Positions 50,675 through 61,228 of a stretch of DNA of 64,000 bases are shown here, in pieces. Within the stretch, counting starts at the first letter, position 1; the number at the start of each line of letters is the position of its first letter. Source of the stretch: a bacterium. Its GTDB lineage: Bacteria > Zhuqueibacterota > Zhuqueibacteria > Residuimicrobiales > Krinioviventaceae. The position numbers and the translations under genes are program-made. The DNA is taken from positions 2,752,001-2,816,000 of the forward strand of contig CAXXMD010000003.1 of NCBI GenBank assembly GCA_963675755.2. Direction: 5' to 3'. A model generated the notes under the pieces. That model was not told the DNA's origin. It saw only the letters and a program-made list of their open reading frames with translations, and searched no databases.

Positions 50675-51196
50675 ATGAAAGATATTATCGTCATTACAAC
50701 CGGCGGTACTATAGAAAAAACCTATGATGAGGAAACCGGTATTTTAATGAACCGGCATTCGCAATTGCGTTCCATGATGAAAAAGATCCGGCTGCCCTAT
50801 ACCCGTATCACTCAGCAGGAATTGTTGTGCAAAGATTCGCTGGAAATGACAGACAAGGATCGGCAGGCCATATTAAAATCTGTTGAATCTTATCTGTTCC
50901 AGGACAGGCCCATTGTGATCTTGCACGGTACGGATACCATGGCGGTAACTGCGCAGTATATTTACGACAATATCCGTGAGCTGCATGTGCCGGTGGTGTT
51001 TACCGGTGCCATGCGTCCATTTGGATTCGAGAATTCCGATGCAATCCAGAATTTTACCGAAGCGCTCATGGCATGCTCGCTTTTAAAACCGGGTGTGTAT
51101 ATATCCATGCATAATGAAATCCATACACTGCCGGGTGTAAGAAAGAACCGGGAGAAACGGACATTCGAAAGTTTTGATATAGAAGGAGATGAATAA
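50675..51196 (+). CDS. Short-chain L-asparaginase (N-terminal domain only)
   Basis: TTGGTI, DS, HGTDTM, TGAM-x-P, SDA-x2-N; 173 aa. Confidence 0.88.
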   Translation: MKDIIVITTGGTIEKTYDEETGILMNRHSQLRSMMKKIRLPYTRITQQELLCKDSLEMTDKDRQAILKSVESYLFQDRPIVILHGTDTMAVTAQYIYDNIRELHVPVVFTGAMRPFGFENSDAIQNFTEALMACSLLKPGVYISMHNEIHTLPGVRKNREKRTFESFDIEGDE

Positions 51197-52075
51197 ATGC
51201 AAGTACGAACAACTGTGATTTTGATATTGGCAGCATTCAGTCAACTGTTTGCGATTCCACATGGCAAGGTAGTTGAAGGATTAAAGATGAAAAGTGAAAT
51301 TGTGGGTTACGATGTAAACTTTTCTGTGTATTTACCACCGGATTATGATTACTCGAGCCGGGCGTATCCGGTTGTGTATTTGCTGCACGGATACAGCGAT
51401 AATGAAACCGCCTGGGTGCAGTTTGGTCAAGTTCATATGGCAGCGGATGAGGCCATTGCCAACCGCGAAATACCAGCCATGATCATTGTTATGCCCGATG
51501 CCAAAATAACCTGGTATGCCAATGACATTGCCGGCAAGAATCGTTATGAAGATATGTTTTTTGAAGAATTGATACCCTATGTAGAATCCATTTATCGTAT
51601 TCGTGCGAAAAAAGAGTATCGTGGTGTTTGCGGGCTGTCAATGGGAGGATTCGGATCGCTGTTGTATGCCATGCACCATCCCGACATGTTTGCGGCTTGC
51701 GCTCCGTTCAGTGCCGGTGTTTTTACCGATGCAGAAATGGTAGATATGGAAACCAAAACATATTCTCATTATTTTCAAAACTTGTTTAGTGACAGTCATG
51801 ACAGCGACAAACGTTTGACTGCGTATTGGAAGGATAACAATCCTTTAGATCTTGCCAAAACCCTGCCGGTAGAATCCTTAAAAAGTGTGCGCTATTATAT
51901 AGATTGCGGGGATGATGATTTTCTGATTCGTGGTAACTGTGAGCTGCATTTAACACTCAAAGATCGGGAAATTCCTCACGAGTTCAGGGTAAGAGACGGT
52001 TCGCACAGCTGGACCTATTGGCGCACCGGTATTGCAGATGCGTTGAAATTTATCGGCAAGAGCTTTCATAGATAA
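51197..52075 (+). CDS. Secreted alpha/beta-hydrolase esterase (CE1 / feruloyl-esterase-like)
   Basis: VYLLHG, GLSMGG, DCGDDD, GSHSWTYW. Confidence 0.9.
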   Translation: MQVRTTVILILAAFSQLFAIPHGKVVEGLKMKSEIVGYDVNFSVYLPPDYDYSSRAYPVVYLLHGYSDNETAWVQFGQVHMAADEAIANREIPAMIIVMPDAKITWYANDIAGKNRYEDMFFEELIPYVESIYRIRAKKEYRGVCGLSMGGFGSLLYAMHHPDMFAACAPFSAGVFTDAEMVDMETKTYSHYFQNLFSDSHDSDKRLTAYWKDNNPLDLAKTLPVESLKSVRYYIDCGDDDFLIRGNCELHLTLKDREIPHEFRVRDGSHSWTYWRTGIADALKFIGKSFHR

Positions 52076-55000
52076 TGAACAAGAATTTTAACATCCTGGA
52101 TGATTTCCATCCGGTTGTTGCGGAGTGGTTCCGTAAATCGTTTTCGGGACCGAGTCCGCCCCAGGTACAGGGTTGGCCTGCCATTGCATCCGGCAATCAT
52201 ACCCTGATTCTGGCTCCTACAGGTTCGGGTAAAACCCTGGCCTCGTTTTTATGGTGTATAGACAATGTGTTCCGCAAGGGATTAGAGAGTGACCGTTCGG
52301 ATTTTGCCGCTAATCGGGACGGTGTGCACACATTGTATATCTCTCCCCTGAAAGCACTGAATAATGATATTCATACCAACCTGCAGGTGCCCTTGTCCGG
52401 TATCCGCAAAACCGCACTCGAGCAGGGATTGGACCCACCTGACATCCGCACAGCGGTACGTACAGGTGATACGCCTTCACATGTACGGCAATCCATGGTC
52501 AAGAAGCCACCGCACATACTCATTACCACCCCGGAATCGCTTTACCTGCTGCTGACATCTGAACGGGGCAGAGAGATGTTTGGCAACCTCAAATATGTCA
52601 TCATTGACGAGATCCATTCTCTCAGCAATAACAAGCGCGGAACGCACATGAGCTTGTCTCTTGAGCGTTTGGAAGCCTTGTGCAAAACACCGCCGGTGCG
52701 TATTGGATTGTCTGCAACGCAGCGTCCTTTGGAGCGCATTGCCGCGTTTTTGGGCGGACAGGTGTATAATCCGGGAACGGATTCCTTTGCTCCCAGACCT
52801 GTGACCATTGTGGATTGCGGTCAGCGTAAAGAACTGGATTTAAAAGTAATCTCACCGGTCAAGGATTTCAACGATTTGCCGGATTCAACCATCTGGCCCG
52901 CTTTGATTGATACGTTGTATAATCTGATCCTTGCGCATGAAACTACCCTGGTATTTGTCAATATGCGCGCCCAGGCTGAAAAAATTGCCCGGCAGATTAA
53001 TGAGAAACATGCCGAGAATGCAGGCGGCATGGATGGCCCCATTGCATTGTCTCATCACGGCAGTATTTCTCGCGAGATGCGTTACGATATTGAAAGTACC
53101 TTGAAAAAAGGCGAGATCCCCGCGGTCATTGCCACATCGTCTTTAGAACTGGGAATTGATATTGGTAGTATTGACCTGGTGGTACAGGTTGAGACCCCCA
53201 AAACTGTTGCATCCACATTACAGCGCGTTGGGCGCAGCGGGCACCTGCTCTCTGCAACCAGCAAAGGGCGAATTATCCCATTATATCAGTCTGATCTGGA
53301 TGACGCGGTTGCGTTCATTCGCTTTATGCGTGAAGGAGAGATTGAGGAAACCCACATTCCGGAAAACGGCCTGGATGTGCTTGCACAGCAGATTGTTGCC
53401 GAAGTATCCATGCGCGAGTGGCAGCGGATTGATTTATATCGATTGTTGCGGGGAAGTTACAGCTATCGCAATTTGACGGAAACGGTCTTTAACAATATTG
53501 TGGATATGCTGAACGGCAGGTTCGGGCATACTGAACTTCGGGCCTTGCAGCCGCGCCTGACCTGGGATACTGTCAATGACAGACTCATTACCCGAAGGGG
53601 CTCGCGGTTGACCGCTGTTATGAATGGCGGTACCATTGCGGACCGTGCTTATTTTGGTGTGTATTTGCAGGACAGCGGCACCCGTATTGGTGAAATGGAA
53701 GAAGAATTTGCCTTTGAATCCCGTGTGGGGGATGTGTTCTTTTTGGGCAATAACGAGTGGCGTATAAACGAGATCACCAAAGATAGAATCATTGTATCTC
53801 CATTGGGATCACCAACTCCGCGTCCGCCTTTTTGGAAGAGTGAGCCGCTTTACAGAGATTTTGAAACCAGCTCTAAAATCGGGTCATGGCGTGAACAGGT
53901 ATTGAGTTATTTGAAAAAGCCGGACGAACTGGCGCATGATTTTGATCTTGATGCTGACACTGCTGAAAATGTATTGGATTATCTGAAACGACAGTTTGAG
54001 CAGACCGGTGAGCTGCCTACGGACAAGCGTATTGTGATAGAATATTTCAGGGATTCGGTGGGCGAGCCGCAGGTGGTGATACACGGTCCTTATGGCGGTA
54101 AAGTGCTGGGTGCCTGGGCAACAGTACTTTGTGCAGTCCTTGAGAAACGTTTTGATGTTCAGGTACAGTATTCCTATGATGATGACAGCATATTGATCCG
54201 TTTGCTGGACGTGACCGAACATCCGGACATGGAGGCACTGTTGAAAATTACAGCGGATGAGGCAGAAGAGATTTTAACAGCTTATATCCCCACAACACCG
54301 CTGTTTGCCATCCGGTTCAGGCACAACGCAACCCGTGCCTTGTTGCTGCAACGTTCACGTGCGGATATGCGAATCCCGCTCTGGCTGCAGCGTTTACGGG
54401 CCTCTGATTTGTTGCAGGTTGTACAGGAATTTCCGGATTTTCCCATCATCATCGAGACTATGCGTGATTGTTTGCAGGATGTGTTTGATGTGGCGGGTAT
54501 GAAAAAAGTAATCAACGATATACATGAAAAGAGCATAGCAGTACATACGGTGCATACATCCTCTCCGTCACCAATGGCATCCGGTGTTTTGTTCAGGCTG
54601 CTGGCAGAGTACATGTACGAGTATGACCAAACTCGCACAACCGGATTTGCCGCAGAAATCAGCAGTGATCTACTGGCGGATGTACTGCAAAAAGAAGTGA
54701 TACCCGCTATAGTGGGCCGCGAGATTATAGACGAAGCGGAATCCCGCTGGCAGCATATCGCTGCCGACAGCAGGGCGAAAGACGCGGAAGATTTGTTCTC
54801 GATTATACAAAAGCTGGGGCCGTTAACAGATACTGACCTTACTGATCGGTCTGCAATGGATCCTGATGAATGGATTGTGAATTTGCAACAGCAGAAGCGC
54901 ATCTATAAAATTGACAAGGGATGGATCACCATCCAGGAAAAGAATTATTATGAATATCCGCAGGAACCTGAACATTGCAAATGGATTGTTAATAAAATTT

Positions 55001-56577
55001 TTCGTGGACGTGGACCATTATTGATAATTGAGATTGTTGAGCAAACCAAGTTGGATAAAAATGCTGTTACTGCTGCAGTTGAATCGCTGGTTAAAGATAA
55101 AGTGCTGGTTAGCGGCACGCTGGTTGAAAATGAGATCGGCACATTTTATTGCGATCGGCATAATTTTGCGCAATTGTATCGTCGTGCTATTGTTATTCGC
55201 CGGCAGGCTATGCGCCCTGGTGACAGAAATCTGTTTTACCGATTTTTGTTAAACTGGCATCGCATCCACAAAGCAGATACATCTGTGGACGAGATCGTCC
55301 GGCAATACAGCGGATTGTATTTGCCAACCGGTGTGTTTGAGCGAGATATTCTGCGCAGCAGACTGATCAATGATACTGACCATGTGGACGTTCTAGTGGA
55401 TTTTGTAAATTCGTTTATGAACAGTGGAGACATCCATATACGGGCACAAAAGGAACGCGCGGGCACGCAGACCCGGGTATGTTATACCAGTCGGGGAGAG
55501 GGCAGTATTTTAAAAGCCTCTGCGGAAATACGAGAGACAGCAGATGATATAAAAGGAGAAGAAGCGCAAACCGTTCTATTATTTCTGCGGGATAACGGTG
55601 CCAGTCATTTCAAAGACATTTGTGACGGTTCCGGGCTTTCTCAGGTTCAGACGGAAAATGGACTGTACGAGCTGGCTTTGAGTGGATTGGTGAGTTGTGA
55701 CCATTATTCCAGTTTCCTCAGGATTATTGGCAGGACAGTGAAAAACGAAGAAAAAACAGTGTCATCGGGATGGCACGACGAGATCAAGCCGGCTTTTCCC
55801 CGGGGACCGGTAACCCGTCATGGCCGGAGAGCACAGCGGCCCAGTCGGCACGAGATCCGATCCCGGTTACCGCGATACGAAGGCAGATGGACGCTGACCA
55901 CCGCATTTGCCGTGCATGGCAAAGAGCTTGAGGATGATGCTCGTGCTGAAAAACAGGCCCGGCTGTTGTTGCAGCGATATGGTGTGCTGGTCAAAGAGTT
56001 TTATCGGCGCGAATCCGGACTAATGCCATGGTACCGTATTTTTCGGGCCCTGAAACGTATGGAATGGAGCGGAGAGATCAGAAGGGGATATTTTATTGAA
56101 GGGCTTTCAGGAGTTCAGTTTGCTTTACCCGAAGCAGTGCGAAAGCTGGAATCCCTGCAAACCGGAGAGGCAAAAACCAGTACCGGTCCGGCTTTGTTGA
56201 CGGCTGTAGACCCTGCGTTACCCTTTGGCGGGACCATTGATTGGGGCTTGACAGATCTGGCGGGAAAATCCATTTCAGTGACACGTTTGCCGTCGAACCA
56301 TTTGTGTTTTGTGGATGATCGTCCCGTTGTGTATTCAGAAAATTACGGCGCACGCTTGTTTTTATGCAGCGAGTTTAAACCGGAATATACCGATGAACTG
56401 GCCCAGGCGCTCAAATTGTTTTTAAAATTGCCGGAAATGTATCGTCCCAAACGCAAGCTGGAAATTCAAACGATTGATGGAAATCCTGCGGCAGAACATG
56501 AACTTGCAAAGGTTTTTTTGAACTATGGTTACGAAGTTGATAGCAAAACACTGGTACTATGGCCGAGTGGGGTGTGA
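52075..56577 (+). CDS. lhr: Long-form Lhr SF2 helicase with C-terminal winged-helix/glycosylase-like region
   Basis: APTGSGKT, ISPLKALNND, TTPESL, DEIH, SAT, HHGS, SSLELGID, QRVGRSGH; LLQRYGV...RRGYF C-terminal motif. Confidence 0.95.
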   Translation: MNKNFNILDDFHPVVAEWFRKSFSGPSPPQVQGWPAIASGNHTLILAPTGSGKTLASFLWCIDNVFRKGLESDRSDFAANRDGVHTLYISPLKALNNDIHTNLQVPLSGIRKTALEQGLDPPDIRTAVRTGDTPSHVRQSMVKKPPHILITTPESLYLLLTSERGREMFGNLKYVIIDEIHSLSNNKRGTHMSLSLERLEALCKTPPVRIGLSATQRPLERIAAFLGGQVYNPGTDSFAPRPVTIVDCGQRKELDLKVISPVKDFNDLPDSTIWPALIDTLYNLILAHETTLVFVNMRAQAEKIARQINEKHAENAGGMDGPIALSHHGSISREMRYDIESTLKKGEIPAVIATSSLELGIDIGSIDLVVQVETPKTVASTLQRVGRSGHLLSATSKGRIIPLYQSDLDDAVAFIRFMREGEIEETHIPENGLDVLAQQIVAEVSMREWQRIDLYRLLRGSYSYRNLTETVFNNIVDMLNGRFGHTELRALQPRLTWDTVNDRLITRRGSRLTAVMNGGTIADRAYFGVYLQDSGTRIGEMEEEFAFESRVGDVFFLGNNEWRINEITKDRIIVSPLGSPTPRPPFWKSEPLYRDFETSSKIGSWREQVLSYLKKPDELAHDFDLDADTAENVLDYLKRQFEQTGELPTDKRIVIEYFRDSVGEPQVVIHGPYGGKVLGAWATVLCAVLEKRFDVQVQYSYDDDSILIRLLDVTEHPDMEALLKITADEAEEILTAYIPTTPLFAIRFRHNATRALLLQRSRADMRIPLWLQRLRASDLLQVVQEFPDFPIIIETMRDCLQDVFDVAGMKKVINDIHEKSIAVHTVHTSSPSPMASGVLFRLLAEYMYEYDQTRTTGFAAEISSDLLADVLQKEVIPAIVGREIIDEAESRWQHIAADSRAKDAEDLFSIIQKLGPLTDTDLTDRSAMDPDEWIVNLQQQKRIYKIDKGWITIQEKNYYEYPQEPEHCKWIVNKIFRGRGPLLIIEIVEQTKLDKNAVTAAVESLVKDKVLVSGTLVENEIGTFYCDRHNFAQLYRRAIVIRRQAMRPGDRNLFYRFLLNWHRIHKADTSVDEIVRQYSGLYLPTGVFERDILRSRLINDTDHVDVLVDFVNSFMNSGDIHIRAQKERAGTQTRVCYTSRGEGSILKASAEIRETADDIKGEEAQTVLLFLRDNGASHFKDICDGSGLSQVQTENGLYELALSGLVSCDHYSSFLRIIGRTVKNEEKTVSSGWHDEIKPAFPRGPVTRHGRRAQRPSRHEIRSRLPRYEGRWTLTTAFAVHGKELEDDARAEKQARLLLQRYGVLVKEFYRRESGLMPWYRIFRALKRMEWSGEIRRGYFIEGLSGVQFALPEAVRKLESLQTGEAKTSTGPALLTAVDPALPFGGTIDWGLTDLAGKSISVTRLPSNHLCFVDDRPVVYSENYGARLFLCSEFKPEYTDELAQALKLFLKLPEMYRPKRKLEIQTIDGNPAAEHELAKVFLNYGYEVDSKTLVLWPSGV

Positions 56578-56616
56578 ACTCTGATCTAATAAAAAGATTC
56601 AACTTTATGGATTGAG

Positions 56617-57300
56617 TCAATCTTCCTGCAACTTGCCAAAACGGTTGCGTTGGAAAAATTTTGTATTCAGTTTTAAAAAGTTTTGAACGGATTGTACCAG
56701 TTGGGATTTACGTCCGGTTTTGTAATACAGATATGCTGCCAGCGACATAAACATTGCTCCCGAAGAATCCACAATCAAATCCCACATGGTATCATGCAGA
56801 CTTCCTCGCTGCATATTACCGTTAAACAGATTATCTACGGTAAACTCGAAAATCTCCCACAAGGCACCAAATGATACGGAAAAAGTGAATGCAAAAATAC
56901 ACATGAATTTACGATCCAGCACCAGGTCTATTCTGGCATTGTGGTTTAAAATCCAGACCAGTAAAAGTCCTACCACTCCCAAGAGTACCCCGGAAGTTCC
57001 ATGCAGAAAAAGGTCCCACCACCAAAAGCGTTCGTAAAAATCAAAGATCTCTCCAAGGAACATGGAGGCAAAAATAAACAGAATGGTAACCAGTTCAAAT
57101 TCTGTCGGCAGGATTAGGTGATAATGCTTGGCAAACAATGTGGGAGTAATGGACAGCGCCATAATACTTATTATTGTCAAAACATTGAACCAGTCCATGC
57201 GAAATGCAGAGATGACCAGGCCCAATAGTATTATAACTTGAAGAGATAGTTTGATAATTCTTTGTACACGTGTAATGGGGGGATGTATGGTATTTTCCAT
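56617..57300 (-). CDS. Membrane protein (DUF2238/YjdF-like)
   Basis: Multiple TM helices; WWD-x2-LH, LWEIFEF, DTMWDL. Confidence 0.8.
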   Translation of the reverse strand: MENTIHPPITRVQRIIKLSLQVIILLGLVISAFRMDWFNVLTIISIMALSITPTLFAKHYHLILPTEFELVTILFIFASMFLGEIFDFYERFWWWDLFLHGTSGVLLGVVGLLLVWILNHNARIDLVLDRKFMCIFAFTFSVSFGALWEIFEFTVDNLFNGNMQRGSLHDTMWDLIVDSSGAMFMSLAAYLYYKTGRKSQLVQSVQNFLKLNTKFFQRNRFGKLQED

Positions 57301-57384
57301 TGTTGAATTCCTATTTTATTACTTTCAAAATAAAAATCACCAATGAAAAATTCAACAAATATAATGAAAAATGAAAAGAAAAAT

Positions 57385-57412
57385 GTCCGCAAGGCGCTTA
57401 TACCTTGCGGAT
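57385..57412 (-). terminator. Intrinsic terminator
   Basis: tccgcaagg-N8-ccttgcgga followed by a T-rich tract on the minus strand. Confidence 0.65.
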
Positions 57413-57419
57413 AGCAGGT

Positions 57420-57977
57420 TTACATCTTTTCTGCCAATTGTTTATCAAACATTTTATCCATTTCTAAATGGAGAAACGTGAAAACATCGCCTTCCATTAA
57501 CATTTCTTCACTGAGTTTAACGGATGTGGACAAAGACGGGTCATTAAGATAAATTTCGGCCAGCTTTGCATCTACCTGGAGATGATATAGGGGGTCATTC
57601 GTGATCATTTTATCAAGGGGATTGTTGAATTTGGTCATGTCAAGCTGTGGACAATCAGATTTTAATAATACCAATATATGCAAAGTGCTGTGGCGAATCC
57701 AGGCGGATTCATGTGACAAGTTTTTGGTCCAGAGATCAGTTGTCTCTTTCATGGCTTTAGAATTGATAAAATTATCAAATTCTTTCATCTTTTTTTTGGG
57801 ATATGTGGCTTTATAGTCGTTCAGTTTGGACAGGGCTTCGAGTTGTGCTTCTCTGTTGGAAGAGGACAATGCTTTGAGGTATCTGGAGATTTCCTTTTCA
57901 ATCTCATCTGGTAAGTTTTCTGAAAAACAAATACCCGTGAAACTCAGGAACACTGCAAAAATGAGTAATTTTTTCAT
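57420..57977 (-). CDS. Exported hypothetical helical protein
   Basis: ATG 57977 after AAGGAG; signal peptide; weak internal helical duplication. Confidence 0.7.
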   Translation of the reverse strand: MKKLLIFAVFLSFTGICFSENLPDEIEKEISRYLKALSSSNREAQLEALSKLNDYKATYPKKKMKEFDNFINSKAMKETTDLWTKNLSHESAWIRHSTLHILVLLKSDCPQLDMTKFNNPLDKMITNDPLYHLQVDAKLAEIYLNDPSLSTSVKLSEEMLMEGDVFTFLHLEMDKMFDKQLAEKM

Positions 57978-58416
57978 TTCTTTCTCCTTGATAAAATGAT
58001 GTATGTCAAATAGCTGGTTAGACCGGACCACTGAATGAATTTCATTCATTTGCGACCGGAAGATTATAACAGATTGTGAATGTATTGTATTCCGAATGAG
58101 AGAATTAAATCACAATTATTGTTAAAGTTGTTGATAATTATATTATTATCTGTATCAAGAGATGTTAATCGAGTGTGTTGTATTGTTGTTTTTTGTATCT
58201 GGGGGATTTGTGGCAATATCTATTGCTGCAGTATCAACAGAGATGATGTTTGTCGGATGCAGGCAAAGCGCAAGATGTATCGAATAGAACTTTTAAGAAT
58301 CGGTTTAATCTTGAGTGTTGTTTTCAGCTAGGGTTGTTTTGATTGTTACCCTGGTGGAACCTATGCAATCTAGAATTATTTTATATAATCATTTGAGTAA
58401 AATGACTGTTGAAATA

Positions 58417-58446
58417 AAAAATCGAGAGTAATTACTCCCGATTTTA
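58417..58446 (-). terminator. Intrinsic terminator of the GH29 gene
   Basis: Minus strand aaaatcgggagt-aatt-actctcgatttttattt. Confidence 0.65.
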
Positions 58447-58449
58447 CTT

Positions 58450-59748
58450 TTATTCTTTAATATATGTGATCTTGAAAACAACCGGGTTGGGCCAGGTGCG
58501 GTCATTGTAAAGACGCTGTGCCCGCGTGGCTGTTACTTGCAAACCTTCCGGTTTTTGTTGCCATGTGGTTTTGGGAATGCGTTCGGTATTGTATTCCAGA
58601 ACTTTGTCATTTTGTCCCAGTATAGATACGGTAGAATTGTTACTGATTTCAATTCCCGGCAGCAATAATGTTTTTTCTTGTCCCCATTTCCAGGGAGCAC
58701 CGGTAACAAACGCATAAACGGTATTTTCTGTTTTATGTCGGGTAAACCAGAGACTGTCAGATTTTGCTGTTTTCCAGGGTAATACGTTGTAAATGGCTTC
58801 TCCATTCACAAACATCCACAAGCCCACTTCTCTCAATATGTTTTGCTGATCTGTGGGGATTTCTCCTTCAGGATCAGGACCGATATTCATCAACATATTA
58901 CCGCCCTTGGCGCGGGTTTCAATGAGATTTGTTATCACCTCGTTAGCACTCATGTATTTCTCATTGGTAGGCTTGAATTGCCAGGAAGTACCCAGGGTAA
59001 AGCAGGCTTCCCAGGGTTCAATATCTGTCATATCCGGGAGTTTTGCGCTTGTTGATGGCGCAATTTCAGGAGTATTCATTGCTCCACGGGTAATTACCGC
59101 ATCCGGTTGCAGCTCCCATGTCAGTTCAACCAGACCATTTTCCTGTCCGTCAAAAAAGACAATGTCGATGGGCCCATATTGTGTCATTAATTCTTTGACC
59201 TGGACTTTATTGGTTTGCATCAATTCCGGATTATTCAGGGGCAGTACCTCGGGTCTGCGGCGGCTGATCAGCGTGCCTTGCTGATGCAGAACGTAAAAAT
59301 CGTCCGGAGAAAAATAAAATCCCACACGAATGCCCGCATCCCGAAATGCTTTAACGATCTCTGCGGTAATGTCTTTGCCATATGGTGTATTCATGATGTT
59401 GAAATCATTTGTTTTACTGTCAAACATGCAAAAACCGGAATGGTGCTTGGTTGTAAAAACCACATATTTGAATCCCGCTGTTTTGGCGAGCCTTGCCCAT
59501 GCTTGTGGATTGAAATTTTGCGGATTGAAATTGGCCGGTAGATCATTAATAAATTTTTGTACATACTCATCCGAGGCACCAACCATAGAGTGGCTGATTA
59601 CTGAACCTATCTGACTGTCAACACCCCAGTGGATAAACATACCAAAGCCCAAATCACGGAACCATTCCAAACGTTCCGGTTTGTTTTCAGCAAATAAAAA
59701 GTGGGGAAGTATAAGGAATAATAAAATAATGTAATATTTCCGTTTCAT
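58450..59748 (-). CDS. Alpha-L-fucosidase (GH29)
   Basis: FGMFIHWG, TTKHHSGF, GFYFS, FFDG, GGN-x2-MNIGP; start ATG 59748. Confidence 0.93.
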   Translation of the reverse strand: MKRKYYIILLFLILPHFLFAENKPERLEWFRDLGFGMFIHWGVDSQIGSVISHSMVGASDEYVQKFINDLPANFNPQNFNPQAWARLAKTAGFKYVVFTTKHHSGFCMFDSKTNDFNIMNTPYGKDITAEIVKAFRDAGIRVGFYFSPDDFYVLHQQGTLISRRRPEVLPLNNPELMQTNKVQVKELMTQYGPIDIVFFDGQENGLVELTWELQPDAVITRGAMNTPEIAPSTSAKLPDMTDIEPWEACFTLGTSWQFKPTNEKYMSANEVITNLIETRAKGGNMLMNIGPDPEGEIPTDQQNILREVGLWMFVNGEAIYNVLPWKTAKSDSLWFTRHKTENTVYAFVTGAPWKWGQEKTLLLPGIEISNNSTVSILGQNDKVLEYNTERIPKTTWQQKPEGLQVTATRAQRLYNDRTWPNPVVFKITYIKE

Positions 59749-59765
59749 GCTGCCTCCCTTGTTTA

Positions 59766-60521
59766 TTATAAAACAATCCAGAGTTTTATGGCAAAGCTTG
59801 CCTGATAATCCCAAAAGGTATGGTGATTACTGGATTGAAAAACCACACCAATATCCGGTTTGAGATAATTGGTGATATAAAATTTAGTGCCAAAACGTAT
59901 ACGGTTTATGTTTGCGTAATGGTCTGTTGCGTTGTAAAAGATTTCATCATTTAAATAGAATGAAAACTCTTTGCCTTTAATATAATAATCCGTTGCTACC
60001 TGGGTACGATTTTTATAGACGCGAATATTGTAATTGTCTTTGCGATCTCTGTACTCAAATTTGTGCTGATTTGATATTTCCCAGGGACCGCGTTCATATT
60101 TGAAATTTAATCTCAATACCGGTTTCTGTTCCGGGACCCATTCCGAACCTTTAATGGAACCCCTTTGATAGGTTACACCAATATCCAGCCAGGGTTTGAA
60201 TGCATATGACAGTTCTATACTTATTTTTTTAAAATTTTGTTCCGACGCGTCATTGCGGAACCGGTTTTCACCATCGCTTTGTAATTTCCAGGAATCATTG
60301 AATTCATGTTGAAATCCATAACCACCCCAGAATTGGTGGTCCATGTCCATTGCGTGGGAAAATGTGGTAATGATGATAATGCTGATAGGTATGAATGCTT
60401 TATACAACTCGACTCTCTTTATAAAACATGAAAAATTAAATATAATCAATAAATTATAATAATTAAATATGAAAAATGCTAAATGTTGAAAAAAATACAT
60501 TATTTTACAGATCATTTTCAT
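59766..60521 (-). CDS. DUF2490-like outer-membrane beta-barrel
   Basis: Alternating-strand pattern, NDEIFY, NRIRFG; true start probably downstream of 60521. Confidence 0.65.
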   Translation of the reverse strand: MKMICKIMYFFQHLAFFIFNYYNLLIIFNFSCFIKRVELYKAFIPISIIIITTFSHAMDMDHQFWGGYGFQHEFNDSWKLQSDGENRFRNDASEQNFKKISIELSYAFKPWLDIGVTYQRGSIKGSEWVPEQKPVLRLNFKYERGPWEISNQHKFEYRDRKDNYNIRVYKNRTQVATDYYIKGKEFSFYLNDEIFYNATDHYANINRIRFGTKFYITNYLKPDIGVVFQSSNHHTFWDYQASFAIKLWIVL

Positions 60522-60568
60522 TTTAAATGCATCTAATATGCGTTGTTACTTAATAAAAGGAAGTTGAA

Positions 60569-61216
60569 ATGAATAGCGAACATGTGGAAATATTGAAAAA
60601 GGGAACGGAATTTTGGAACAGCTGGCGGCATGAAAACCCTGCTATTGTTCCGGATTTGCAGGATGCTGATCTGTCTGGAATGGATCTGCAGTTTGCAAAT
60701 TTACAAAGCGCGAATCTGTTTATGGCAAATTTGCGGGGAAGCAATCTTGGCAAGGCCAATTTAGAGACTGCGAATCTGGAAGGTGCAGACCTGGAAGGTG
60801 CAGCATTGTGGGAGGCCAATGCGTTTTCTGCCAATTTTCAATATGCCAATTTAGAAAATACAGTGCTTGAAAAAGCAAATCTGAAAAAAGCTGCTTTAAA
60901 TGGCGCGTCTCTGAACGGTGCGTTGTTGAATGACGCGGTGCTCTCGCAAGCCAATTTACAAAAAGCAGTATTATATAATGCAATTATGATCACTACCAAT
61001 CTGGATGAAGCCGATTTGTCTGACGCTAATTTAACAGGGGCAACTATTGCCTGCTGTCATGTAGGTGACTGGCGAATTAACGGTACCCGCTGTGACCATT
61101 TTTATTCGGACCGCGTGCGGCGCAAACGTCATCCGGCAAACGGTAATTTTCAGACCGGTGAGTTTGAAATGCTGTGGGGTCAGGGCCTCAAACAAAGCTG
61201 TGTGATTGGGGAATAG
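60569..61216 (+). CDS. Pentapeptide repeat protein
   Basis: WN-x-WR N-terminus and about 20 A(N/D)L-x-x repeats. Confidence 0.92.
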   Translation: MNSEHVEILKKGTEFWNSWRHENPAIVPDLQDADLSGMDLQFANLQSANLFMANLRGSNLGKANLETANLEGADLEGAALWEANAFSANFQYANLENTVLEKANLKKAALNGASLNGALLNDAVLSQANLQKAVLYNAIMITTNLDEADLSDANLTGATIACCHVGDWRINGTRCDHFYSDRVRRKRHPANGNFQTGEFEMLWGQGLKQSCVIGE

Positions 61217-61228
61217 AGACCTCCCCAA

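Noticed and set aside
58208-58230. Sigma54 promoter TGGCAATATCTATTGC on the plus strand
   Set aside because: Spacing is one base too long and no credible plus-strand gene follows; probably just a short dyad
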